Origin: Halobacteriovoraceae bacterium | GTDB lineage: Bacteria; Bdellovibrionota; Bacteriovoracia; Bacteriovoracales; Bacteriovoracaceae | Length of the DNA: 64,000 bases | NCBI GenBank assembly: GCA_963719505.1 | Contig: CAVRCF010000005.1 | Span: 64,001 to 128,000 of the forward strand | Direction of reading: 5' to 3' | Position numbers and translations under genes: made by a program | In this document: positions 37,699-47,362 of the stretch, piece after piece | How positions within the stretch are numbered: the stretch's first letter is position 1 | Layout: the number at the start of each line of letters is the position of its first letter | The notes under the pieces: model-generated | What the model saw: only the letters and a program-made list of their open reading frames with translations | What the model was told of the DNA's origin: nothing | The model's database searches: none

Positions 37699-38168
37699 TT
37701 AAGGTCAAAGCCTATCTTGAATCAGAAAAGCTCAAAGATAAATTAAAATATATTTCTATAAAGTACGGAAAAGAAGAAATTTTTGAAGATATATACCAAG
37801 ATTACTGTGTTCATATTCTGAGTGGTAAAGGAAGCAAACAGACAGTCGAGCAGTTTTTTATAGATTACTCCAGAAAGAAGGGGTTTTATGTTCGAGAGGG
37901 TTTTAATGATAGCGCAGCATTCTCTTTAAGGAACAAATCTCAAAGCCTTGAGGATATAGATTTTCTAATTGGTGATTGTGACAACATCCCAGATGGCTTA
38001 GATCTAGAGGATTTACTGGATGGCCACAAGAGATCTATTTATATTCTGATGACAAAGTGGGGTTTTACCTTTGGAGAGATAGCCCACTTATTTAATGTGA
38101 GCGAGAGTCGTGTTTGTCAGATAGTTAAGTCGATTAAAGAAGATTGTTTTAACCTAGAGGAGTCTTAA
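37695..38168 (+). CDS. Small sigma70-family-like protein
   Basis: EDIYQD...IDYSRK (region 2); FTFGEIAHLFNVSESRVCQI (region 4.2). Confidence 0.8.
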   Translation: MIKVKAYLESEKLKDKLKYISIKYGKEEIFEDIYQDYCVHILSGKGSKQTVEQFFIDYSRKKGFYVREGFNDSAAFSLRNKSQSLEDIDFLIGDCDNIPDGLDLEDLLDGHKRSIYILMTKWGFTFGEIAHLFNVSESRVCQIVKSIKEDCFNLEES

Positions 38169-38759
38169 TTGAAAAAGTCATATAATCAGTACGTTGAAGA
38201 AGCTAAAGGTTTCCTTAAGAATATTGAAGAAACAAAATTTAAAATATCCAAATTGGCCCTAGAGGTTTGTCAGATAAGACATGGTGGTATTTCGACCCAA
38301 TATTATACTCTCAAGGATTTCGCTGGAGATATAGGTATGAAACCTAAGACTCTTCAGAATTGGGTCCGAATTTACAGAGATATATTGCTGGTATGCGAAA
38401 AGCCTAACCCTTCACCTACTGATTGGAAAAACGCTGGGAAAGTAGAAAACATTCTAAAAAACAAGAGAACTGTAAGTAACAAAGAAGAGGGCACACAAGG
38501 AACCCTTTCTCAGTGGAATAAGAAAGTCCCTAAGAGCACTATAAACGATATTTTTTCCAGTATCGAGTCAGGAGAGGAGCAGGACTTGAATTTAAATAGA
38601 CTCTACAGGCAGTCAAAGCATTGTAAGTTCTTGCTCTCCAAGATTGATATGGGGGCTTCAGATCGTTCTACTTTGATTGAAATCATGAGTGATCTTGATA
38701 TTGTGAGTGATACGATCAATGACTATCTCTCAAGTAACCCTAAGGGGGTGGCATGTTAG
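38169..38759 (+). CDS. Phage protein with possible HTH
   Basis: TLKDFAGDIGMKPKTLQNW. Confidence 0.7.
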   Translation: MKKSYNQYVEEAKGFLKNIEETKFKISKLALEVCQIRHGGISTQYYTLKDFAGDIGMKPKTLQNWVRIYRDILLVCEKPNPSPTDWKNAGKVENILKNKRTVSNKEEGTQGTLSQWNKKVPKSTINDIFSSIESGEEQDLNLNRLYRQSKHCKFLLSKIDMGASDRSTLIEIMSDLDIVSDTINDYLSSNPKGVAC

Positions 38760-38920
38760 TCCTAACGATAAGCCCTAAGAAAAGGTTAGAGATAAGCTCA
38801 GAAGGAGAGAAGATTGTCATAAGGGCAAAGAAGAAGTCTACATTGTACCTTGAGATTGATAAGTCCGTTAAATTCAAACTGGTTAAGAATGACGAAGAAA
38901 GCAAAGAAAACCGTTCTTAG
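38753..38920 (+). CDS. 55-aa CsrA-like protein (not in ORF track)
   Basis: MLVLTISPKKRLEISSEGEKIVIRAKKKSTLYLEIDKSVKFKLVK...; GGGGGTG RBS; fills the gap. Confidence 0.55.
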   Translation: MLVLTISPKKRLEISSEGEKIVIRAKKKSTLYLEIDKSVKFKLVKNDEESKENRS

Positions 38921-39476
38921 CCCGAAGCAGGAGGAATTCTGTCAGCAATATGTTTTAGATAAGAACGCCACTCAAGCTGCGTTGCGTGCAAACTATGCTG
39001 AGAAAAGTGCTGCCTCTCAAGCCTCAGCCCTCCTTCAGAAACCTAAGATTTCAGCGAGGATCAACCAGCTTATCGAAGCTAGGCACGAACGGATTCATAT
39101 CAGTGCTGATCGAGTTCTCCAAGAGATCGCTTCAATTGCGATGGTAGAAGTTGACCATTTTTCTACGTGGGACGGCAAAGAGTTTAAGATTAAGCCATTT
39201 AATGAGATGCATCCGATTGCCAAGAAAGCTATTAAGAATATTAGGTCCACGACAGTTGAGACTAATGTGAAATATAAAACGTGTCCAAAAACTGGAGATG
39301 AGATTAGAACCGTTGGAAGTGTCACAACATATATGGATCTCACTCTTCACTCAAAAGATAAGTCTCTTGAAATGATGGCCAAGCACTTTAAGCTTCTTGA
39401 TGGCAACGAAGGTGATATCGACAATGAGTTGGATGATGCTCTTGAGGTACTTGAATCTGAGGAACAAGGTAAATAA
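38889..39476 (+). CDS. terS: Terminase small subunit
   Basis: LSPKQEEFCQQY..DKNATQAALRANY, ADRVLQE, KDKSLEMMAKH; start at ATG 38889. Confidence 0.93.
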   Translation: MTKKAKKTVLSPKQEEFCQQYVLDKNATQAALRANYAEKSAASQASALLQKPKISARINQLIEARHERIHISADRVLQEIASIAMVEVDHFSTWDGKEFKIKPFNEMHPIAKKAIKNIRSTTVETNVKYKTCPKTGDEIRTVGSVTTYMDLTLHSKDKSLEMMAKHFKLLDGNEGDIDNELDDALEVLESEEQGK

Positions 39477-39521
39477 TCCATACTTGCTTTGAAATTGGAA
39501 TCTCAAACCCTATAAGGAATT

Positions 39522-39917
39522 ATGGAAAGAGAGATTGAGAGATATATTAGAAAAGCGCTCGAAGAGGGTATTCTTAACAAAGATAACCAAGAGCACGAGA
39601 GAGCCCTTAGGGAGATCCTGAGCGACCCCAACAAGCTAATGAATGACCAAGTTAAGTTTTTCAATGCCCAACTTAAAAAACAGGCATTAAAAGAGTTTAT
39701 TGAGTCTAAAAATCTAGATGCCACTGCAGTTTCAATTCAGTATTCAGGGTTTGCAGATAGGCTACTTGATGAATTAGCTGAGCACGAAACCCAAAATAAT
39801 CCAATTCGAGTCACCAAGAGAGACTTGATCCGAATAGCAATCGCTAAATATATCGGCATATCCCCAGAAGAAACAGATCCTAGATATTGGCAAAAGAAGT
39901 TCAACGGTAAGAAGTGA
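39522..39917 (+). CDS. Hypothetical protein with C-terminal ribbon-helix-helix-like segment
   Basis: VSIQY...LLDELA...TKRDLIRIAIAKYI. Confidence 0.6.
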   Translation: MEREIERYIRKALEEGILNKDNQEHERALREILSDPNKLMNDQVKFFNAQLKKQALKEFIESKNLDATAVSIQYSGFADRLLDELAEHETQNNPIRVTKRDLIRIAIAKYIGISPEETDPRYWQKKFNGKK

Positions 39918-40169
39918 ACTTGTAAGGTATTGATTTAAGGGGATAATTGTATTTAGTTTAAGTGTGTTACACTTTTGGCTTTAATCGAAATACGTTTTAA
40001 TGTAGAATGTATTCAGGTTAGGGATCGCACAAGTTACAGTTACAACGCGCCAATGTTCAAGTTTAACCCCTAAGCTCAATACTGGATGAGCAAGTCACAC
40101 CTCAAAATTGGGGGTGGCTTCCTCTTAAGTAGATTAGCATGAAAACTATTTCAAAATCAAGAGGGTATT

Positions 40170-40589
40170 ATGACAGCTAAAACACCAACATCATTAAGAA
40201 TGAGCCATAAAGAAAGAGAATTCATTGAAAGTCTTGGTGATGGTAAGCTGTCTGAAGGCTTTCAAAAACTCTTGATTCTTGGTGGAATTGAGGGTTTTGA
40301 GCTTGATGAGGAAAGAATGCGCTTCAATGTTGGTCTTAGCCTTGATGCTGACTACTTGATTCTCGATGGTCCTTTAGAAAAAAGGGCTTTGATTTATCCT
40401 ATACCAAAGCAATTTAATAGGCATGATTTAGCTGTGGATGACGTTATTTTCAATGAATCTTTCGCCGATTGGTTACAAGAGAAAGTGTTATCCATATCAA
40501 AAAAAACGATTGTTCGTATTGATCTATCTTACTCCTATGGAGATGGAAGGGTTGGAGTTGAATTTTTAGCAGATAGAGATAGTATGTAA
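40170..40589 (+). CDS. Hypothetical protein with N-terminal ribbon-helix-helix-like segment
   Basis: TSLRMSHKEREFIESLGDGKLSEGFQKLL. Confidence 0.6.
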   Translation: MTAKTPTSLRMSHKEREFIESLGDGKLSEGFQKLLILGGIEGFELDEERMRFNVGLSLDADYLILDGPLEKRALIYPIPKQFNRHDLAVDDVIFNESFADWLQEKVLSISKKTIVRIDLSYSYGDGRVGVEFLADRDSM

Positions 40590-40624
40590 ATTATCACTAA
40601 TAAATATTTTCTCGATAGCCCTAT

Positions 40625-42118
40625 GTGGCTACCAAGAAAAACCTATATCTTCGATGCGCTAGTGATCCGCAATTTGAATCCGACTACATAAAGCTTGGAG
40701 GGAAAGCGCGTCCGTTGCGTGGACCTCAAGCCGAGTTAATTAAGAAGATTGAAGCTCATATTGGTAGGCGTGACGGTGAGGTTATGCCTATTCGTCAAGC
40801 TCGTCAGACAGGTAAAAACGAAGTCTCAGCGGTACTTCACAGGCGTCATTTGTGGAGAAGGCAAAATTATTCTTCTTCTCAGATATGGCTCCGTACAGCT
40901 CCCACTTGGGTTCCACAAATTACCAATTCAAAAAAAAGATTGAGAGACCTTCTTGATCTTTCGGCATCAAACATAGTTCGCCACCCACTTTTTAATCGTG
41001 CAAAAATAATAAAAGAAGAAGGCTATATTTGGAGGCTTAAAAATGCTTCCATAGAATTCATATCATCCGGTCCACACTCAAACGTCGTAGGTGCAACTGC
41101 AAACGTGTGCCTTGATATGGATGAGGCACACAAGGTTAAGAAAGATAAGTTTGACGAAGACTTTGCTCCCATGACTGCGAACACTTCGGCAGCGACAATC
41201 CTTTGGGGTGTTGCCGCTGATGGTATGGATTTGATTCAGTATTATCACGATCACAATATTGAAAGTGGGCGAGAGGATTTAAATATTGATCTTCCTTGTG
41301 ATCTTTGGATGGAAGGCAATCCTTCTTATGCAAAGCACGTTGATGCGAGAGTTCGTGCCTTGGGTTGGGATCATCCAGTTATTAAAACTCAATATAGGTT
41401 AATTCCTGTTACGGCTGAGGGTAGGTTTTTGTCTGATGCTCACGTTAGAGCTCTGTTTGATTCTGATCACGAGCGAGAGCTTAGCCCAAGAGATGGTTCC
41501 ACTTATGAATTCTTGATCGATGTCGCGGCTTCTAATGAGGATAATAAAACAAATGAACTCGAAGGTGACGGCGACTCAGAAACCGATTCAACTGTTGTTT
41601 GGATTTATAAGGTTCTCCCAGTTGTTACACCTACCGGAATATTCCCTTATATACACATTGTAAATCTTCATTGGTTCACGGGTGCAAACCTTCCGAGCCA
41701 AGACAGAGAAATAAAAGAGCTCATCTCATACTGGAGAGCCTCGAAAGTTACAATTGATGCCATCGGTGTTGGTCGTGGATTAGCAGAATCTCTCGTTGAA
41801 TCTTTCGGTGAGTTGGTTGTGAATGCTTATCACGCCAATCCAACTTCCATCTCTCAAGATTGTTTCGATCTACTAGCACGTCTTAACCATAAAAGTGTGT
41901 TGATGTTTCAAAATGATGGTTCTGAAGAGTACAAGCAATTTGAAAGTCAGTGTTCATGGACGAAGTACGCTTCCAAGGATGGAAAAATGAAGTTAACCAA
42001 ACCTTCAGGTGCTAAGAGGCACATTGATATGGTTAAGGCACTTACTTATATTAACCAGAATAGTCCTCAGTACAGCGTGCAAGAGTTCTATTCTATAGAA
42101 AGTGACTACAGTATATGA
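40625..42118 (+). CDS. terL: Terminase large subunit
   Basis: ARQTGKNE Walker A, LDMDEAH Walker B, nuclease IDVA/IDAIGVG/HIDMV. Confidence 0.93.
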   Translation: MATKKNLYLRCASDPQFESDYIKLGGKARPLRGPQAELIKKIEAHIGRRDGEVMPIRQARQTGKNEVSAVLHRRHLWRRQNYSSSQIWLRTAPTWVPQITNSKKRLRDLLDLSASNIVRHPLFNRAKIIKEEGYIWRLKNASIEFISSGPHSNVVGATANVCLDMDEAHKVKKDKFDEDFAPMTANTSAATILWGVAADGMDLIQYYHDHNIESGREDLNIDLPCDLWMEGNPSYAKHVDARVRALGWDHPVIKTQYRLIPVTAEGRFLSDAHVRALFDSDHERELSPRDGSTYEFLIDVAASNEDNKTNELEGDGDSETDSTVVWIYKVLPVVTPTGIFPYIHIVNLHWFTGANLPSQDREIKELISYWRASKVTIDAIGVGRGLAESLVESFGELVVNAYHANPTSISQDCFDLLARLNHKSVLMFQNDGSEEYKQFESQCSWTKYASKDGKMKLTKPSGAKRHIDMVKALTYINQNSPQYSVQEFYSIESDYSI

Positions 42119-43530
42119 AGTTATCCAACCAGACTAAAAAATTTCTACTCGCTAGAAACGCAAATAAAAGATCGTTTGATGAAATGCTTAAGAAGCAGAT
42201 GGGAACGGAGGTTCTTGAGTTTTATAATAGTATTCAGACGGCCGTTGTTAATACTTCAACCATTGATGTTGGTATCATTGATAGGATGATTGAGACTGAT
42301 GACACGATATCTTCAGCTCTTGAATTCAAAAAGCTTATGGCCACTTCTTCAATTGGGTCATATCACCATGACAATTCTAAAATAAAAGATTTTGTTAACG
42401 ACGCTCTTTTGAAATTAAAGGGTCCAACATGGAGAGAGTCTATTGAGGCTCAGTTCTCACATGTTGATTTTGGTTTTAGTGTCACTGAGAAGGTTTGGGG
42501 TCTTAACGATAAGATGCAAAAGATTCCGGTGAAACTTGCGACTTATCACCCTTCTACAATCTGTTTTGAGATGGATCAGTCTGGAATTGCTGACGACGGT
42601 ATCCTTCAGTTTACAAATGATTTCAGTCAAAGTTCTAACCCAAATTACATTTACTCGGCAGTGAGAAATGGCTGGAAAATAAACGACCCTTTTTCAACTC
42701 CGATAGATAGGTTGCTTCCAAAGAGAGTGCCCTTTATAACTAACACAGGTGTTGTTAGGATTCCCAAGAGTAAAGTTATTCATCACATAAATAAAGCTGG
42801 TCGATCTTTTGGATCTCCTTATGGGAAAACCTCAGTTCGTACAGCTCACTTGTTATGGCAAATGAAAAACTTTTTTATAAAGCAAATGGGGATTGGTGCA
42901 AAAAAGGCAAGTACCGGAACTATTTGGGGGCAAGCTCCTGCTTCTGGTCACAATGTTTCTTACTTGGATCAGGATGGAAATAGGACCCAAAAGAGTGCGC
43001 GTGAGGCAATGATTGAGATGCTCAAGAATTTTGAGACTTCAGACTCTTTGGTTACGGGTTCCTCGAAAGAGGGTTATGGTCTTCAGGTTTTGCAAAACGC
43101 TGTCCAGTTGGGCTCATTCTCGGATGTTATTAATGCCATAGATGTTTGGATCTTTAGATGCTTTTTAATTCCTTCTTTAGTCATGACTGATGGAAGTGCG
43201 GGATCAAGAGCTCTTGGAGAGAAGCATTTTGATATTGTAAACCAAATCGCTGATGCTGATGCAAACGTATTTAAGCAGACATTAATTAATGAGCTCATCG
43301 AAGAAATGGTTGTTGCTAATTTTGGTCCTCAGGATGATTATGGAAAATTCCTTGATCGAGAGAAGACTTCTGATGAACTTGAGAAGGCTGCAAATCTTTA
43401 CACTATGCTTGTTGATCGAGGAATTCTAGATAGCTTTAACATTACAGATAAAAACTACATTAGAGAGGCTCTCGGTGTTCCGACAACCAAAGACGCTGGT
43501 TTACCTCCACCTTTGGACGAGTTTGAATGA
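42115..43530 (+). CDS. Portal protein (Mu gp29/DUF935-like)
   Basis: Position; GFSVTEKVW, PYG, GSRALGEKH. Confidence 0.9.
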   Translation: MKLSNQTKKFLLARNANKRSFDEMLKKQMGTEVLEFYNSIQTAVVNTSTIDVGIIDRMIETDDTISSALEFKKLMATSSIGSYHHDNSKIKDFVNDALLKLKGPTWRESIEAQFSHVDFGFSVTEKVWGLNDKMQKIPVKLATYHPSTICFEMDQSGIADDGILQFTNDFSQSSNPNYIYSAVRNGWKINDPFSTPIDRLLPKRVPFITNTGVVRIPKSKVIHHINKAGRSFGSPYGKTSVRTAHLLWQMKNFFIKQMGIGAKKASTGTIWGQAPASGHNVSYLDQDGNRTQKSAREAMIEMLKNFETSDSLVTGSSKEGYGLQVLQNAVQLGSFSDVINAIDVWIFRCFLIPSLVMTDGSAGSRALGEKHFDIVNQIADADANVFKQTLINELIEEMVVANFGPQDDYGKFLDREKTSDELEKAANLYTMLVDRGILDSFNITDKNYIREALGVPTTKDAGLPPPLDEFE

Positions 43531-44399
43531 TTCATGACCTCGCATACTTTAATCATAAGAGAAAAACTCTAGATCGAGTTACCGCTAGATACTCAATTCT
43601 TATGCAAAGAGAAGTTGAGAAGTTTTTTAGGTCTCAAGAGGGTTTGCTCTTTCGCTCTTTGAATAATGGGTCAGAGCCAAAATTTAAGACGAAGGAATTC
43701 AATGAAGCACTATTAAAAATTGCAAGAGCTCACGCAGTAAAAACTATTGAGGTTGGTGTATCCGACGGTATTCAAGAGGTTGGGACAAGTAAGCTTCAGG
43801 CTTGGCGCGGGTTTTCTATTGATACACCTGTTGAGATGACTATCTCTCTTGCTGATGAGAAGAAGAAAGATAAAATAGTTGGTGAGCAAAAAAAAGAAAT
43901 CATACCTAAAAACAGAAAGCTTCTAGGTATTCTGAAAGCAACTAGAGATCAGCAGTTAAAATTTTTAAGTGAGACATACAAAGAGGTCTCCAAAGATTGG
44001 GTTAAGGGTGAGAGCACAATTAAAGAGGTTAAGGAAAGCCTTGGTTCCAAACTTAAGAGCTCACGAAACTCAATTGATAGATTATTCAGAACAGAGACAA
44101 CAAAATATTTCAACGAATCAAGACATAGTTATTTTAAAAACAATTCAAACGTCACCCACATGCAAATCAGAACCATCACTGATGGGCGAAGATCTGGAAT
44201 TTGTGAGTCTAGAGACAAGTGGGTTGTACCAATTGAAGAAGCTAGTTTTAAAAGAAACATGCCACCCTTTCACCCTAACTGTAGGACGATTCAGGTTCCG
44301 TTAAACATTAAGATACCGAGACAACGGGAAATGATCGAGAGGGGTTTAAGGATAGATGAAAGAAGCTTCAAGCCTTTACCTAATGGTTGGGCTGCCTAA
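43527..44399 (+). CDS. Head morphogenesis protein (Mu gpF/SPP1 gp7-like)
   Basis: FRTET, DGRRSGIC, PPFHPNCR. Confidence 0.92.
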   Translation: MIHDLAYFNHKRKTLDRVTARYSILMQREVEKFFRSQEGLLFRSLNNGSEPKFKTKEFNEALLKIARAHAVKTIEVGVSDGIQEVGTSKLQAWRGFSIDTPVEMTISLADEKKKDKIVGEQKKEIIPKNRKLLGILKATRDQQLKFLSETYKEVSKDWVKGESTIKEVKESLGSKLKSSRNSIDRLFRTETTKYFNESRHSYFKNNSNVTHMQIRTITDGRRSGICESRDKWVVPIEEASFKRNMPPFHPNCRTIQVPLNIKIPRQREMIERGLRIDERSFKPLPNGWAA

Positions 44400-44440
44400 T
44401 TTGTTTATGATGTCGATTACTAATCGATGAGGAGATTATA

Positions 44441-45682
44441 TTGAAGATACAGTTTAAGTCAGGGGAGTTTAGTGGAAACTCTTTTGAGGAAGATGGGGTT
44501 CTTTATCGCAAGGCAATCTTGTGTAGAACGGGTGTTTGGAATGGCGATGTGAAAGTTGATAAGGCCATGCTTGAGCTAATAGCGTCTTTTAATAATGAAA
44601 ATTATGGTGAGGTGATTAATCAAAACTCTTACCCTCCGGTGCAGATTGAGCATAAGACAGACGCAAAGGAAACTTTGGGTCGTGTTGATATTGGTAAGAT
44701 GCGCTTGGTTCTTGATGATGCCAGTAAATACAATCCTAAATGGGAAGGTTTTGTTCTCCTTGGGATGCTTAGGGTTTTTGATGAGACTGCTCAGAGTGAT
44801 ATCCAAAAAGGTAAGCTCAATCACTTATCAATTCAGTTCGACGATGAAACAGGTGAATTATATGAAATAAGCTTTGTTGCTGTTGAAGCAGCGCGAGGAT
44901 CACAATTATTAAAACACAAGGAAAAGAAGGAAGGAAAGATGAAAAAGAAAAATCAACTTAGCCTTGCAAGAAAAAAAGTTAGAACCTTGGCTGCTAGACA
45001 GAATTCTTTAGTAAAGAATAAAGTCGCGCTTTCAATGGGACTTGCTTTGACGCTTCAGAAGGCTTCAGGAAGTAGAACAGCTCTGTCAAAGAGTGCAAAT
45101 GAGTTAAAGCATTCTCTTAAAATGCAAAATGTTAAGTCTTTATTTTCGTCTCTTGTAAAAGAGGGAAAAGTTACTAAGGCTGAGTTTGATGCTTTAGATT
45201 TTGAATCACTTGCTGGTTTAGAGTCAAAGTCTTTCGGGATGGTTCTTGGTGGTTACAAATCAAGAGAAGCTTCAAACGATATGTATCAGATTGGAGATAG
45301 TACAGCAACAAATCAAAACGTTGAGCTTTCGGATGATCAGTACAAAAAGGCTTTAGATGCTCAGATGAAAGGTGAAGCGTTTGAAGTGAAATCTGTATCT
45401 CTTAAAAGTAAGATGAGCGAAGAAGAGAGAGAAAAACTTTCTGACGAAGAAAAAGCTAAGCTTGCTGAAAAAGAAAAGGGAGAAAAGCTTTCTTCTGATG
45501 AGCCTCTTGACCTTACCGCTATCATGGAAATGATCGAGAAGATTCAAGAACAAATCGATAGTCTCTCTGGTCTAGAAGAAAAGGTTGAAGAGATGAAAAA
45601 GTTGTCTGAAGAGGGAGAGAATGAAGAGCTTTCTGAAGAGGACGAAGTGAAAGAATTAATGGACGAAGAAGGGGATGAATAA
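44441..45682 (+). CDS. Prohead protease with fused scaffold
   Basis: TGVW, QIEH, LSIQF, EISFVA N-domain; acidic coiled-coil C-half. Confidence 0.8.
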   Translation: MKIQFKSGEFSGNSFEEDGVLYRKAILCRTGVWNGDVKVDKAMLELIASFNNENYGEVINQNSYPPVQIEHKTDAKETLGRVDIGKMRLVLDDASKYNPKWEGFVLLGMLRVFDETAQSDIQKGKLNHLSIQFDDETGELYEISFVAVEAARGSQLLKHKEKKEGKMKKKNQLSLARKKVRTLAARQNSLVKNKVALSMGLALTLQKASGSRTALSKSANELKHSLKMQNVKSLFSSLVKEGKVTKAEFDALDFESLAGLESKSFGMVLGGYKSREASNDMYQIGDSTATNQNVELSDDQYKKALDAQMKGEAFEVKSVSLKSKMSEEEREKLSDEEKAKLAEKEKGEKLSSDEPLDLTAIMEMIEKIQEQIDSLSGLEEKVEEMKKLSEEGENEELSEEDEVKELMDEEGDE

Positions 45683-46236
45683 TGAGAAAAGGATTGTCAG
45701 GTCAGTCACTAATTAGTAGATTTCACGGCTTAGCTGTTGAAGTTTCAGTGCTTATTAAAGTTGCTTACATCAAGTTTGAGTTGGAGGTTGGTCAACTTCT
45801 AGGAAAGATGGTTGATGGAAGTTACAGAGCTTATGCTGAAGGTGTTGCTTCAGGAGTTATCAACGCTACGGCTTTCACTTTAACGGGACCGCTTATTAAG
45901 CATTTCCAAGTTGGTGATGTAGTTGTTAAGACAACTGGCGAGGCTGTTGGAACCATTGAGTCCTATGACCCCGAGACAGGTATCGGAGCCCTTGAAGCGA
46001 ATGCGACAAACGCTGTTGCTTCAGGTGAGAGTATCAAGATAGTTGATTCGGCTTGTTCAATCACTGGAAACAACGCAAGATTTTTGTCAAATGTTGTCGA
46101 GGTCTGCGAAGAAGATGGTGATGCTGTTGAGTCTGGTTTAGCGGAAGGATTTATTGTTAAGTCCGAACTACACACAGATCATATTATTAGTGTAGTTGGT
46201 TATGAATCAGCTGCTAACGAAATCAGAGTTAAATAA
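45682..46236 (+). CDS. Head decoration protein
   Basis: Between scaffold and capsid; LEVGQLLGK..DG.Y.AY motif. Confidence 0.7.
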   Translation: MRKGLSGQSLISRFHGLAVEVSVLIKVAYIKFELEVGQLLGKMVDGSYRAYAEGVASGVINATAFTLTGPLIKHFQVGDVVVKTTGEAVGTIESYDPETGIGALEANATNAVASGESIKIVDSACSITGNNARFLSNVVEVCEEDGDAVESGLAEGFIVKSELHTDHIISVVGYESAANEIRVK

Positions 46237-46247
46237 GGAGATTTATA

Positions 46248-47321
46248 ATGAAACACGTTTTTTCTGGATTAATTGATTCAAGACACAGAAGAGGAATTCA
46301 CGCCATCGTTACAAGAATTATGGCAAAGTCAGATAAGTTTATCTACACGCTTATGCCAATTGTTGATGTTGCTGCTCAAATTTTAGAGCATGAAATTGTT
46401 GATGACTTTGGTGGTATGACTAACGAGAGATCTTTCAATGAAGAGGGTAAAGCAATCGCTTCAATCTCTACAGAAGTTGGAACTTTTAGGCCGGGTTCAT
46501 ATCAAGAAAACATCCCTTTCAACGAAAGAGATCTTCTTATGTTGAGAAAAGTTGGGACTGTTGGTGAGAGAGGTATTACTAATCTGACTGATGGTGAAGT
46601 TTCTCAGCTTAGCCTTACGGCTCAAAAGCTTTCTGTTAGACTTGACAACCGTCTTCAATATATCGGTTGGAAAGCGCTTCTTGAAGGGAAATATGAGTGG
46701 CTTGGTAAGGTTAAACTTTTTGGAATTCCTGCAACCAATACTCTTTCTCCCGCTATTGCTTGGGACCAACCTGATGCTGATCCAATCAAAGACCTTTTAG
46801 GTTGGTTGAATGAGTACGACGGTTTAAGAAAATACAAGATCAAGCAAATGGTTATGAATAAAACAACTGCATCTAAAGCTAGAAAAGCTATTATGGCCCT
46901 AGATAGAAACGCACAGGCTAATAATAACATTAGATCTTCGTCTCTTCAGGATCTTATTACTTTCTATGCTCCAGAGCTTCCGGAAGTGTTTATCTGTGAA
47001 GATACGTACCAAGAAGAGACTGTTGTTAATGGAAAGGTTACAGCTTCCGTGGCTCAGACATTTCTTGCTAATGGGATAATTCTTCTTATTCCTGATTTTG
47101 AAGGAACTCAGTTCCCGTACTTTGGTCAAATCCAAATTACTGAAAATCTAAATGGTGCTGATGCAACAGTTGATAGACCAGCTCAAGGTGTTTACACATT
47201 TGTTGATGAGGAAGGTCTTAAGAATAAGTCTAACCCGCATATCAAAATGATCTCAGGCTTTAATGGTGGTGCAAACCTCATGAGACCGTTTGATGTTTGG
47301 AAGTTTGACGTACTATCGTAA
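46248..47321 (+). CDS. Major capsid protein
   Basis: 357 aa, position, WDQPDADPIKDL motif, followed by a terminator. Confidence 0.9.
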   Translation: MKHVFSGLIDSRHRRGIHAIVTRIMAKSDKFIYTLMPIVDVAAQILEHEIVDDFGGMTNERSFNEEGKAIASISTEVGTFRPGSYQENIPFNERDLLMLRKVGTVGERGITNLTDGEVSQLSLTAQKLSVRLDNRLQYIGWKALLEGKYEWLGKVKLFGIPATNTLSPAIAWDQPDADPIKDLLGWLNEYDGLRKYKIKQMVMNKTTASKARKAIMALDRNAQANNNIRSSSLQDLITFYAPELPEVFICEDTYQEETVVNGKVTASVAQTFLANGIILLIPDFEGTQFPYFGQIQITENLNGADATVDRPAQGVYTFVDEEGLKNKSNPHIKMISGFNGGANLMRPFDVWKFDVLS

Positions 47322-47328
47322 TTTAACT

Positions 47329-47351
47329 AGCCCCTCTTCGGAGGGGTTTTT
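47329..47351 (+). terminator. Intrinsic terminator after major capsid gene
   Basis: CCCCTC-TTCG-GAGGGG followed by TTTTT. Confidence 0.9.
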
Positions 47352-47362
47352 GAGAGGAAAAG

